A stretch of 64,000 nucleotides of DNA, taken from assembly GCF_009914755.1 (NCBI RefSeq), contig NC_060934.1; one strand, given 5' to 3'. This stretch comes from the human T2T-CHM13v2.0 reference genome, Homo sapiens. Position numbers and translations under genes: made by a program. Within the stretch, counting starts at the first letter, position 1. The number at the start of each line of letters is the position of its first letter. Positions 30,976 to 45,383 of the stretch are shown piece by piece. The notes under the pieces were generated by a model that did not search any database, was not told where the DNA came from, and worked only from the letters and a program-made list of their open reading frames with translations.

Positions 30976-31974
30976 GGAATTTAAAAAAGTTTCTAAACAG
31001 GTTCATTTTGAATTTGATAGAATTGTTACTATTTGAAACTACATTCATCTTGAAAGTACCCACCAGGCAGTAATAAAAATAACCTACTCGGAAAGTAGGT
31101 AAGCGTAAGAATTTCATTAAAAGTTTTACATAATAGCATCATGCTGATAATCTACCTCTTTCCAAAATTACTATAGCACCATATCCATGCACAGGCTAAA
31201 TCTGATAGACAATTAGTAGAATTCCATGTGCAAAAGCATCTGTGAATTTTTTTTTAAGTTTTTAATTTCAGACATGTACATTTAGAGAAAACCTTCTCAT
31301 GAAGTTAATGTTCGGTGCATCAGCCTAGCATGGTCAATTTAAACATGATACAGAATGCCATAGAGTAAACATTTAAACCCCTCCCTTCCTTCTTAGAACG
31401 GGGGTGGTCTTTGGTAATATATTTTTTTTTCCCATTTTCCAAGTATGAAAACTCCAGCGAGCAAATGGTTTCTGTTCAACTGTTCCACTCAAACACCCTT
31501 GTCATTCTTCAGCAAGAGCTTTATTTAGAAGTTCCCAGAGAAATGAAAGTGAGAAAACCCGGTTCATAAAGAGAATGGATATAAAGAGCTCCATTAATAC
31601 AGCTGCTGGGCCTGGAAAGTCAACAAAGCCTGATAATGTGTTTTATTTGGACCTGTCCTCTACTGTGTGCTGGTGATAAGGAGGTGCTTGAAGCGCAGAC
31701 ATTCACTGTACTACACGAATTCAGCCCCTTATTGATTCTGAAACAATGCTCCCTTTCAGATCACACCCACTTAAGTGAATAATAATGAGGCAATACAGGG
31801 GAGAAGACGTGGTACGGCACTTGGAGCACAAGGAGCCAGCACAGTGGGGCTTTATTTCAGGTGCTGCCCACTGTCCAGTTGAGTCAATTCATTTACCCTC
31901 TGCATACACTTGTTCTCTGTGTGCACAACAGGGCTGGAGCTTTTGCTTGCAGCCACATTACTTCTTCTTCTTCT

Positions 31975-32150
31975 TTCATTTTAACCATTTTGTTGAGGTA
32001 CAACTGACATGTAAAAAGCTGTGCATATTTAATTATGTAGCTCGATGAGTTTGGGGATAACCATTACCACCATCAAGGCCATAAACATAGCACCTCTCAA
32101 GTTTCCTCCTGCCACCATTATTACTATTATCATTATTGTTTCTCCAAGGA
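31975..32150 (-). mobile_element. L1MA/L1MB 3' terminal fragment
   Basis: 'ttgttgaggtacaactgacatgtaaaaagctgtgcatattta...accaccatcaaggccataaacat'. Confidence 0.7.
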
Positions 32151-35100
32151 ACTCTGCAAGACTCAAGCTCTCGTTTTATGGAAAGCTTGGCAACCAGTCT
32201 CCATACGGGCCACGCAAACATCAGTCAGAGTTTCAGAATCAGATTTAGAAGGGATGTCAACAGGCACCTGGTCCAACCTTGGGTACCACGCCCAGAACCC
32301 CCTTCAGGATTCCTCCTGCGGCTTCCACAGCCTGACTGCAGCCTTCAAGGACCACCGCTGCACTGTCACTGTCGTCCCTTCTGTTCTCCCTGTCACTCTG
32401 CTCCAGCCACACTGGACTTCTGCAATCTCATTCCAGCTGCTTGACTTTGCACTTGCCATTCCCTGTCACGGGGCTTGGCTCAATGTCACCCTCCCTCACC
32501 ATGCCACGCAAAGTTCTTTCTCTATCACCCTCTACCACGGCACCCTCTACTAGTCTCTAGAGAGCACACAGCACTATCAGAAGTGATGCTGGTAACTATT
32601 TGCTCGGTTGTTCAGCTTCAGTCTTGCATCCTGCAACAAACACCTCAAGGCCAAGGGCCTTGTCCACAATTATATATCCCCAGTGCCTGCAACTCTGCCT
32701 AGCAGAATCTCAAATGCCTTTGGATGTCAGGCAGGTGACAGCAATCAGTGACAAGCACTGGCTGTAAGGCAACAGGGAGGAGTGTGGACTTCTGTGAGTC
32801 CAAGCTCAGTGAAAAACATTCAATATGTAAATCTTGTTGCGGGTCAAGCAAAAACACCAGGAGGCTGAAACCCCTCTCTGTCACCAACTCTGACTTGGCA
32901 AAGCTCCTCTTTAAGTGCAGTTCCCAGCGTGGTACCTGCTAAGCCAGATGGGGCCTGGCAAGCCCAGAGCAGACATTCTCTCCCCCCAGGATCCAGTCCT
33001 CTCCTGGCTTTTTGGAGTTTTCTTTTTTGTTGTTTTCAGTGACTACACCTCACCCTTAGCAAATATATTCAACCAAAGAACCAGTTAGGTTTGTTTCCAA
33101 ACTTGCCCCCAAAACACAACTACCTTTTTCAGAAAGTGTAACTGAAATTATAAATCAAATTTTAATTAAGAAAACTGAAGAATTAGAACAGAAAGAAATC
33201 AAAAATAGATTTAAAAAAATCAGTGATCAGAGGGGACAGAATGTATTGTGTGGTTTATTTTCAACGTGACTTATCTTCTAAATCCCACTTGGTTTAGGCT
33301 ATCAGAAAGAAATTTCTGTCTCAAGTCTCAGAGCATGTACTCACAGACACATACCGCCCAGAAGCAGAAAATCCACGTCAACTGGGATTAAACAGTTTGC
33401 TATCAGTCACCCGCAATCAGTATAATCACCATGGAGTGCTCTGCAATAAACTACTTGTATATTCACGAGAAGTAGCAAAACCCTCAAAGATAAGAAATTC
33501 ATCATCCCCAAGCAAACTTTGGGCAGACCTGAATCAAAATATCCTTTTGAGGTTGGAAAATGTGGGCATTTCTCTAGCTTGGAAAAAAACTGAAAAGTGG
33601 AAGTATATGTCCTCTAAAAAGACAGCTCTAGATTTTCTGTTCAATTCAAACCCCACAGCTATGGAAAGACATCAGAAGCAAAGCTATAGGTTTCATCCCA
33701 ATTTCCACTGCGGTTGGGTACTTTTATGCAGGCAGAAACATTTAAAGTCTCAGGGTCTACTTCTCCAAATAAAGCTAGACTTCTGCAGCTCTTCCACCAC
33801 TAACCATTATAATGCATGAAAGGAGTTAATCTGAAACTTCAGTTCTCTGTATTTCTTCAATCAGAAATTGATGTGAAGAGAGTAAAGCTAAACTCACTGA
33901 AAATCCAAACACTGATAACCAAGTAGGATCCCCCCATCCCCCACACTCCCTAATACTTTGGCTGGGAGAAGTTTAAGTGTCAGCTCTTTAATAAGACTGA
34001 TTTAGGGGCTATCCAGCACTCCTTAATTTTGCCAATATTGAATGATGACTGAAAGCATTTTTGATCTGCAGACTCAATTCTGCTTCAAAGCAATGTCTTT
34101 CCTAGACTGTTGTGGAATCAGGAATAGGCAGTGATCTCAAAAGACTAAAAGAAAATCAGAAACTCTTAGGATCATGACCACCACTTGCTGACAGAGCCAT
34201 CACCCCATTTCTTGTGGCCTAACATGGATTACCCTACACGAAGACCCCCTCCTTTCATTGACTTTCTTCCATCTGGAAACAAGACTTCAAGCAGAAATGC
34301 AAAAACCCTGGCAAAGCTGTTAGATTTTGGCATTCCCACAATTCCATTGTTTGCTCTAATTTGGGGAGGTCAGAGGAGGAGAGTTCAGAGGGGCACAGGA
34401 TTCTGAGTTACAAAGCCCCCAGCCCCATTGTTCCCAGAGCCGGCTCACTCCCTCCCCTTCCTCTGAAGTGGCAAATCCCCCAACCCCCCTCAGTGGCCTC
34501 TCAGTCTCTGAAAGGCTCAGGCATCCGCTTCACATAATGCTGGAGGAGGAATATTTAGGTTCACTGAGACAATGCTGCAAACAGCTCAACACCCTCTCTC
34601 CAGGACTGAGCATCAGACAAGAAAAGGGCCAGCCTGTCCCAAAGCCCCTGTCCCAGTGGTAGACTTTTAAATAAAGTCCTCTGGTGTCTTCATCCCATTG
34701 CACTTGTTTAATCAAACGGGTTAAACTTTAGTGGTGTCTTTATTACCGCATTATGCTCTCCTGGGCGGCAGCCTGGAGGTGGGAGGAGGGGACACAAAAC
34801 GCTACTGCACTTTACCTCCCCTCTTGCCCAGAGTTACAAATCCTGACAGTGGAAAAAGACAAGTGGAGGAGGGGGCAGAAGTCCACTTTGTCTCCCATTG
34901 TCATTCAGCGGGTTTATAAAGGTGGGGGGAGAAGAATTTGAATGGGGTGAGACCAGCCTATGGGAAAGGGAGACAAATCACTGCAAAGCCAGAAGGCTGA
35001 GGATGCAAGTCATAAAATGACCCCTTTTAGAGGTCTTATTGGGAAAGGCTTTTTGAAGATTAATGTTAGGTTCAAGACAGATGCTGGTGGGGTTGATTTT

Positions 35101-35822
35101 TACAAATTTTAGAGTTGGAAATAGTCAATAGGTTCTGAAAGCATTCTAAATCCCCATTGTCAACCAGGAATCAATGCATTACTGATTTTCTCAAGAGTTT
35201 CTCTTCTGGCAAAGATGTCTTTAATAGAGAGGGAAAAAATAGATATAGATATATACCTAGACGAATGATATATATACATATAGTACACATAGATACATGT
35301 ATATACATACATGTGTGCATTTTGACAGGTTACAGAATTCCTACTAAAAGAAAACTAGTCAATTTGCTTTTTCTGGTTACCCAGAAAATTGAAGGCCAAC
35401 GGGAGAGCTCATTGCAGGACTGATCTATTCTTCAAGTATTGCCAACTTGTTTCCCATTATTTGGGACAGATCCCAAGACAGTGACTCTAGGTGGACTCCA
35501 GGGGGCTTCCTAGGGTGATGACACAAAAGCAAACTTGATGGTGAAGGGAAAGCCCCTACCGGATCTCAAACTCTGGGCTCTGCTGGCCACAACATGGTGC
35601 AGTTGCAATTGAATATGGAGTCCTGTAAATTGGTTACAGAAACACAGTTCAGAAGGAGAAAGCCAATCAAAACGATCAAATACAGAAGGGTTTAATACCA
35701 ATGGACACCTCAGTAAAACAATTGTAACATTTGAGCCACTGCCGGGAACACAAAGATATGTGAGGATCTACACTGATACCTGGAGCTGGAATCTGAAGAG
35801 CGAGATGTAAAGATGGGCTTGC

Positions 35823-36134
35823 TTTTTGTTTTTGTTTTTGTTTTTGTTTTTGTTTTTTTTGAGACGGAGTCTCACTCTGTCACCTAGGCTGGAGTGCCAC
35901 AATCTCAGCTTACTACAACCTTCGCCTCCCAGGTTCAAGCAATTCTCCTGCCTCAACCTCCCGAGTAGCTGGGATTGCAGGCACACGGCACCATGCCCAG
36001 ATATTTTTTGTATTTTTAGTAGAGACAGGGTTTCACCATGTTGGTCAGGATGGTCTCAAACTCCTGACCTCGGGATCCACCCACCTCGGCCTCCCAAAGT
36101 GCTGGGATTACAGGCGTGAACCGCCGTGCCCAGC
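35823..36134 (-). mobile_element. AluS with (TTTTTG)n tail
   Basis: Reverse Alu. Confidence 0.96.
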
Positions 36135-37038
36135 TGTTTCCGATCTGCCAATGACAATACATGTTTTTTAACCTCTGGATTGACTCATCTCTTTTAAACC
36201 TGGGGAAATCATCCCCCAAATATGACTTCTTGAAGTTTCTCCAGATTCTTAACATCAGCTCCACATATTTAAATTAGTAACATTATGGTATATCAGGTAT
36301 TTCGATTATGGAAGATGAACACACGAAACATTTTTAATTATCTGACTATTTGGTGTTCTCTAGAGGGGAAGAGGCAGGAAGGGGGAGCATCTGTTGCTGC
36401 CCAGAGCCCTCACCCCCAGTGACAGTTGGGTCTGACCCTGTTCTGAGCCTGGGCAGACACTTCCTGGGAATGAGCAGCTCAACCATGTGAGATGAATTAA
36501 CTGTTTAAGGCCAAGAAACCTGATACTGTTAGTTTCTTCTCACACCAAAGTGGGGCTGTCAAATTGGAGTTAAGGGCAAGGCAATGACCCACATAATTTT
36601 GAGATGGAAGAGGGGGAGATTGTTTGGATATATATTTTATGGTTATATACCCAACAAAGACTACTGTCCAAGGCAGAATGGAACAACCAGAAATTAATGA
36701 GTTAAAAATGTTTTGTGCCTTCTTCTATTCTGAAAGATAATGATTTCTTTAAGGGAAATCTCATCTGTTGATTGCAGGCATCAACACTTGAGAATGTTGA
36801 CTCAGCCTGCTAATTTTAAGATCATAATCCATTTCTGGGAAGACAAACAGGTCTTCCCCTTCCCCGTGATCACTACTGTCCTTAAAAAGAAGTCCAGTGG
36901 CAAAGTAAGTCATTTCTTGGAAGACACCACCATGGAAACAGAATGTTAGATATGTAGGGAACAGGCATCTTGTTTTTCATGTTCAGGTGCACTAGCTGGT
37001 AGGGCCCCTCCTTCCCGATGGTCTACATATTTCACTGA

Positions 37039-37290
<252 letters not shown>

Positions 37291-37309
37291 GATTTTCCTT
37301 TTTGAAACT

Positions 37310-38050
37310 GGTGTTGCTCTTTTGTGTATTTCTGCTGGAATGAAGAGCCAGAGAATCTCCTCCTCCATCTCCTCTGGGTGCCATCTTGCTTATTTCTCTT
37401 TCAAGTCTCAGTGCAATTGTCACCTCCTATGAAAGTTTTTCCTTGACTAGTTCTATATCCCTTCCTCCAGTATAATGAACCACATCATCTTCTGTATTCT
37501 TACAGCACTTTTTGTTAACAATGGAGATGTCACTTTATCTCTCTGAGCCTCTGTTTCCTCACCTATAGAATGGGGATCATGCCTTTCATGCCTTACAAAA
37601 GTGGTACAAGAAGAATACGCCACATGGAAGACAACAAACACAGTATCTAATGCATAGGGGTAGTTAATAAATGTGATTTCTTCTTTCCTTCTATCTATAT
37701 CACTACCATTGAAAATATTTGTTACTGTGTTAGTTTCTTGAGTGCAAAGGACATCACATTCATTTTTGCATGCCCAGAATTTAACTCAAAGCCTAGGACA
37801 TAGTGGTATATAATGTTTCGTGAATGACTTACAAAATGATAATGAGTTATTAATAGTACCTTTATTTGAGGAATATTTATTTAGCATCTACTGTGTGCCA
37901 GGTGGTTTCCTCGGTATTGAGGACACAGGAGTGAATACGACAGATAGGGCCTGAACTCTCATGGAAGTTATCATCTAAGGCACACGTGGGAGAGTAAGGA
38001 CAATAAATAAGCAAGCATATAATGACACTTCCATTTGGAGAGAGCATTTT
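37310..38050. mobile_element. L2/MIR relic cluster
   Basis: MIR core 'ctctctgagcctctgtttcctcacctatagaatgggga'; L2 'tatttatttagcatctactgtgtgccagg'. Confidence 0.65.
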
Positions 38051-38303
38051 ATCTACAGTGTTCAGAGATGGATGGGTAGACAGATGAATGGATTGATAGG
38101 TGGATGGCAAATGAGAATTTTTGAGTGTGGTTAAAAACAGACCTACCAGTAATCCCATGTGGACCAAGGAAAAACTAAACTGCAAATCTGAATCTTCACT
38201 AGCCACTCATTGGCAATTACTGACACAATTTACACTGCCATCTTTGAAGACTCCTAGTTCATACAGAGGCCTTTCTGGAAACAAAGGAAAGTCCTCTAGT
38301 CTT

Positions 38304-38975
38304 TTTTTTTTATATATATATTGGAAGAGTAATCAATAAATTTATTATGTTATTTATTTTTTTTATACTTTAAGTTTTAGGATACATGTGCACATTGTGC
38401 AGGTTAGTTACATATGTATACATGTGCCATGCTGGTGCACTGCACCCACTAACTCGTCATCTAGCATTAGGTATATCTCCCAATGCTATCCCTCCCCCCT
38501 CCCCCCACCCCACCACAGTCCCCAGAGTGTGATATTCCCCTTCTTGTGTCCATGTGATCTCATTGTTCAATTCCCACCTATAAGTGAGAATATGCAGTGT
38601 TTGGTTTTTTGTTCTTGCGATAGTTTACTGAGAATGATGATTTCCAATTTCATCCATGTCCCTATAAAGGACATGAACTCATCATTTTTTATGGCTGCAT
38701 AGTATTCCATGGTGTATATGTGCCACATTTTCTTAATCCAGTCTGTCATTGTTGGACATTTGGGTTGGTTCCAAGTCTTTGCTATTGTGAATAATGCCGC
38801 AATAAACATACGTGTGCATGTGTCTTTATAGCAGCATGATTTATAGTCCTTTGGGTATATACCCAGTAATGGGATGGCTGGGTCAAATGGTATTTCTAGT
38901 TCTAGATCCCTGAGGAAACGCCACACTGACTTCCACAATGGTTGAACTAGTTTACAGTCCCACCAACAGTGTAAA
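38304..38975 (-). mobile_element. Young 5'-truncated L1 (L1PA2-type) with 17-bp TSD and short 3' transduction
   Basis: Near-consensus L1 3'UTR and ORF2p C-terminus (ORF 38567-38938 ...EIPFDPAIPLLGIYPKDYKSCCYKDTCTRMF...FSLIGGN); GAG rather than the Ta 'ACA' diagnostic; TSD GAAAGTCCTCTAGTCTT at 38287-38303 and 38976-38992. Confidence 0.96.
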
Positions 38976-41139
38976 GAAAGTCCTCTAGTCTTGGTGGCAC
39001 CTGCTTTGCTGCTCTTCCTGCTGCCACCCCGAGGCCAGTCGTCCTCCCTGCTCAGGCTTGACTAGCCTTTGGTATATCTTCCGGGTGCTTCTCTCTGCCC
39101 CTCCTTGCTCAAGCCTTCTTCCTCTTACGCCAGGACCCTCTCTAAGACCCAATGTGCATCTTCACCACCCAGTCCAGTTTGAGTAATATGTATAACATGA
39201 CCCCCGCTCCAAAAAACATAAAGGTGCTTGGATGAAATTTTCCCGGTGTCAACGTAGCTCTCCCTTGTTTGGCTTTAAATCATCAGATGCTGGAGGGGAA
39301 TTCACTGCCAGAGAATAGTTTACTTCTTTCAGCTCACTACAGAATCATAGCCCCAAATAACATGAGAAGTGCTTTGTTTTATTTTTAAATAAAAGAAGTG
39401 CCTTTTAAGTTCAAGACTTCCAAGTGCTCTTCGTACATGTCATATTTATTCCTCCACGTAAGGGGATTTTTGTCAGAGGGGAAAGAGAAGCAAGTACAGC
39501 AAAGTGGCTTGACCAAGGGAACAGTGAGTGTCCTTAGCAGCCCCACGGGAGAAGCAACATCCAGAAGCCAATCTGATGAGCCCCTCCCAAAACAATGCCC
39601 GTAACTTGATTTCTGCCTCATGACCCAGAGCCACCCCTGCTTTCCGTTTTGTGCCCCATTTTGCCCCCTACCTATCTGGTTTCATATTCCACTCTGCCCT
39701 TTCAGGAGCTCCGTGTCAGTCAGATGGCAGTAGCCATCATGCCTCGAGCAGACCAGAATCTCTGCCACTTACTGTCATTACTTGCATACATTGCTACTTT
39801 CCCCACATAAAATACTCTCCCTCATCTTTGCCTACTAAAGGACCAACTACCCTTCAAGGGACAACTCCATCGTCATTTTCTCTAAGAAGTCTTCTCCAAT
39901 CTCCCCAACCAGTAAATACATTTGCCCTTTATGTAGGATTTCTTATGCTAATTATAGGGCACATTTCTATCTGCTGTGTATCACTACTACTATGTCCCTT
40001 GAGTTCTCAATAAGAACCATGATATCAAACTCTCTCTCAGTCTTTGGATCATTGGAACTTGGAATGATGTAAGGCAGATGGATGCTGTGCAGAACATGTT
40101 TATTGAATAAATGAAGGTGCAAACGAATGACTCAGTCCTTGTTTGAGGAGGGCTCATCTTTCACACAGGTTCTCCTTCATCACAAATCTAGTAACTATAA
40201 AGATGAGGGAGTTAATTTTTTTTCATCTTTAGGGTTTAATTGTAAGTCTCTCGAGCTAGATTTTTCTATTAAAACACCTTTCAGAAGTCCCCTAGGTTTT
40301 GTGAATAAGACTAATGGAAATTTCGTTTTCACCATCACTACCTTCTAATGGAATTTTCTAGAGGTATTTTTCTTTCTTTATTCACTTTTTCAGACAAAAT
40401 ACTATTATTTTATGTCAACAACTTTAAACATTCAGAAACACTAATTCTAATGCATAAACAAAGCCAAAACTGTCATAAAAAACCTTACATCTCAGAGATA
40501 GTGAAAGAAAAAGATTTAATACCATTTCCCTATAATTAGGAGATTTCCAATGAGCAAGCTATTTGGCAACTCTTACAGAGATGTGCGAACATATTTTGCT
40601 TCTGAAAATTGAGGCCAGGTGAGCTAATTATTAATTTACATTCAGGTTTTAATTCCCAGAGACTCTCTCTAGCCAAGTTTATAGTCAGTAACTCATTCCC
40701 TTATGAAATAGGCCATTAAAGGATCAGGGAGAGGTTTTGCAAAGATGAACTTCTACAAGCAAGTCAGTAACATGGACTCTGGGGAAATCTTTACATAAAC
40801 AGCATCCTACCACCATATTGAAATGTTGGCCCTTCTGGCTGCCTTTAAAAAAACATTTTGAGAAAATTAGATTTGTCCTATTAGAAAGTCTCTTTGAAGA
40901 CAAATTAAATGCTATGAGAAATGTGCTATCTTTAAATTTACCTGGAGAATTACTAGAAAAATAATTGTCCTCTACTGGAATAAAGGTATTGATCTAGTTT
41001 CTTCTGTTTCCAAAAGGAATGTACTTTTCTTCTCCATGGCTCTGGACTGGATATGGTAGTAGCCAGATAAAGAGGGCCTTTATGATCGATCCTTCGTATG
41101 TTCCCTGCTGTGGTTCCCTGAGCAATCACACACACAACA

Positions 41140-41570
41140 GATTTTTCACTGAGATAAAATTCACATCACATAAAATTTACCATCAGAACCATTTCAAAGC
41201 ACAGAACTTGGTGGCATTTAGCACATTCCCAGTGCTGTGCCATCATCACCCCTACCTAGCCCCTAAACATTTTCCTCACCCCAAAAGGAAACACAATACT
41301 CATCAAGCAGTCACTCCTCATTCCCTCTACCCAGGAGGTCCTCCCTGCAGCCCCTGGCAACCACTAATCTACCTTCTGTCTCTATAGATTTGCCTATTCT
41401 GGATATTTCATATAAACAGAGTCATATAATATATGACCTTTGTGTCCAGTTTCTTTCACTTAGCATAAAGTTTTCAAGTTTATCCACGTAGTAGCATATC
41501 AGAACTTCATCCCTTTTTATGGATGAATAATATTCTCTTGTGTGGATGTACCACATTTTGTGTATCCATC
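41140..41570 (-). mobile_element. L1MB-type 3' end
   Basis: 'cagcccctggcaaccactaatctaccttctgtctctatagatttgcctattctggatatttcatataaa'. Confidence 0.88.
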
Positions 41571-41769
41571 GTGCCAGGTAGATTTACTATATGATCTGTT
41601 AAAAGTGCAAAGACAACCATACTTTCGAGCATTGGAATTTATTCCTGGTTTGGGAAATTGGGAGAAGAGCATAAAAACAGTATCCCTATGGTAGAAATAA
41701 GCTTACCAAATGAGGAAATTTTTACTCCCATCCAAGAACAAGCAGGTCAACAGTCGGGCCCTAACAATT

Positions 41770-42275
41770 TAATATAGTGCACCAAAAGCCTAGAACATGT
41801 TTATACTGCTAGTAATTACACAACCAGAAATTCATTCTAAGGAAACAGTGAGGGATTATGTTCCAGGGTATTTATCTCATGGTTATGTATATTAGCAAAA
41901 GTTTGAAGGAAACATATATACCTAACAAAATGAGAATGAATAAAGAAATTGTGGCACGTCCTTTTGATAGAACACTCCGCAGCTATTAAAATATTATCAG
42001 AGACCATTTCAGAATATGAAACAATGCTTACGATATGTAATTAAGCATAAAACAAAAAGTTTTAGTACTGTGAACTCATTTTTTCTTAAAAATGATGTAC
42101 ATGACTATATGTCAATACCCACATGCATGTGTCAATAAGTATACTCAAATGCAGTGTCCACAGATGTCATCCCATAACAGCAGGATTTTGAGCTATTCTT
42201 CCTGTTCATAATTTTCTGTATTTTCTCTATTCCCATATTGCATATGCATGACTTTTAGGATTAGGAAAAAAGCCC
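41770..42275 (+). mobile_element. Very old L1ME-type 3' end
   Basis: 'aataaagaaattgtggcac', terminal 'ttttctgtattttctc...catgacttttaggattaggaaaaaa'. Confidence 0.6.
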
Positions 42276-42870
42276 ACTGATTAGTGTAAAAATCAACAAA
42301 GACACAATCCCTAAGGCACCCATCTCTCCTTCCCCATCCAGAGTCTGAAAGTTTCTCATCTACAACAGTCTGTTCATTGTATCTGTAGTAGTCAATCCCT
42401 CATTCTCAAAAAGTCGTTTTCCAAATAACATATGGGCTCAGATGACCCTCATGAAATAAGACCATGGTTTTCCCGACGCATGACCCCTGACCATGCTGTG
42501 TTCCTGTCCCCACCATGGTCTCTTTCTTCTCCTCCCTCCTCCATGCCTGCCCATGAACCCTCACCTGACATTCCTTCTGGCCGATCCTTTCTCCCCTCTT
42601 CCCCCTTGCCCCACCATTTCTTCCCCTTGCCCACTGCATCTCTACCGCCCATCTCTACATCTGAGCCCATATTTTATTTGGAAAATGACTTTCTGAGAAT
42701 GAGGGATTGACTACTACAGATACAATGAACAGACTGTTGTGGATGAGAAACTCGCAGACTGGATGGGGAAGGAGGGATGGGTGCCTTAGGGGTTGTATCT
42801 TTGTTGGTTTTACACTCCTCTACAGGCTTTTTCCTAATCCTAAAAGTTATGCATATGCAATATGGGAATA
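42228..42870. repeat. Long inverted repeat: arms 42228-42444 and 42658-42870, spacer 213 bp
   Basis: Hand alignment of the left arm to the reverse complement of the right arm: ~17 substitutions and 4 gap bases over ~217 nt, including a 47-bp perfect stretch. Confidence 0.96.
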
Positions 42871-43159
42871 TGCGAACTCTGGTTCTTTTCTGTCTGAACT
42901 GTCAATGTGATGCTTACCTCATCCAACTTTTGGGTGGAAGAACCTGGGTTTTATGTCCTCATTTGATTGTAAGCTCTGTAGACACAGGGTGGAATTTTTT
43001 CTTGGGGGAGTGAAGGAGAGGTCCCTTAGAAAAGGACATTGTGGCACATCCTTTCAATAGAACACTCTGCCTCTAATAAAATGATATTCTCAGAGACCAT
43101 TTCAGGCTGTGAAACAGTGTTTACAATATGTAACTACACATAAAACATAAAAAAGTTTT

Positions 43160-43881
<722 letters not shown>

Positions 43882-45047
43882 TCACGGCCAATGTTGTGCC
43901 CTTTTAAACAGCATTTTGGTAGGACATTTGGCAGAGTAAAAGTTTCTTTTATCCCTTCACATGGTAGACAACTCAGAGAATCAAGGTCAGATTGCTGCTT
44001 TACTCACAATCTCCCAGTGATTTCTTCTTCCAAGGTGATCTGGCCAAGCTCCTGGAGAACTGACCACAATGGTGGAAGAGAGATATGTGGAGCTGCATTT
44101 TATTCCTATTTTCTTACTTGGAATGTCTTTGGTAATGGTCTCCGTGAAAGCCTCTGTCTGAAAAGTTTGAGAATGGCGTTGGCCCCTAGGATATGAGCAA
44201 AACATTTTTTTTTCTGAAATCTGTGTATTTCAAAATAACTGAAGGAATTTTTATATTTTATTGACATGAAGAAATCTAAACAAAACTGAATGAGGTCTGT
44301 TGCAAATTTTCCCAGAAGATCAACTCCAACATGAGCCTTGTTTCTTCTTGGACTATTGTAGTACAATCAACAGCAGACATAGAATAACTGCAACAATAAG
44401 TCAGAAGTCCCCACACACACACTGCAAAGTGGTTTCTATCAGCAGTGGGTTGGGTATTCCCAGTCAGTTTCAGTAGAGAAAAAAATATTTGTATTAAATT
44501 GTGTTAAGGGCATTTTATTTTCCAAAACTGGGTGAGAAGATTCACAGAAACTGAAAGGAGGTCTCATCCTCTTCTTTGCAGCAGGTGAGAAATGTCTCTG
44601 CTTGGGACAGACTTGTTGCTCACAGCCAATCTCCTGTTATCCTGGCCCAGCCCCTCACTCTCTGTATCTTTCACTCTGGGATCCAGCTAAGACCTTCGAC
44701 GGGTCTAGTTTATCCCTACAACATGGCCTGTGTACATGCCCTTCCCTTGGCCTAGAAAGTTCTTCCCTGTCTTCCTTGGCCACTTACACATTCTGGTCTC
44801 AATTTAAATGCCATTTTTGGAAGGGTGGTTCTTAAATTCACCCAAATCCTGAGAATCTAAGTAAGGTTTCACAGTTTTGCTCTTATGGAGCATCCTGTAC
44901 TTAACTTTAATAGCAGTTATCACAGTTTATAGTTACACATTTGCCTGATTATTTATTTAAAGTCTGTCACCCCTACTAGAATGTAAAGTTTGCAAAATCT
45001 GGGAGTCTGCTGATTTTGTTCATCCCAGGAGTTGGCGCATAGGAAGT

Positions 45048-45383
45048 TGATATGCTTTAGCTGTGTCCTCATCAAAATCTCATCTTGAATTCCCATGTGT
45101 TGTGGGAGGGACCCCGTGGGAGGTTACTGAATCATGGGGACAGGTTTTTCCCATGCTGTTCTCATGACAGTGAAGAAGTCTCACGAGGTCTGATGGTTTT
45201 AAAAATGGGAGTTTCCCCACACAAGCTCTTTCTCTTGTCTGCCACCATGTGAGACGTGCCTTTTACCTTCCACGATGATTGTGAGGCCTTGCTAGCCACA
45301 TGGAACTGTAAAGTCCATTAAACCTCTTTTTCTTCCTAGTCTCAGGTATGTCTTTAGCAGCAGTGTAAAAATGGACTAATACA
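45048..45383 (+). mobile_element. THE1A/B MaLR solo LTR inserted in an L2 3' end
   Basis: tgatatg...ggactaataca termini; 5-bp TSD gaagt/gaggt. Confidence 0.9.

Noticed and set aside
38567-38938. 123-aa ORF with clear protein character
   Set aside because: C-terminus of L1 ORF2p in a 5'-truncated element with no promoter; not a gene.
42228-42870. Inverted repeat interpreted as a MITE/DNA transposon
   Set aside because: No TSD or known TIR motif; the arm includes part of the adjacent L1ME 3' end, which points to local duplication.
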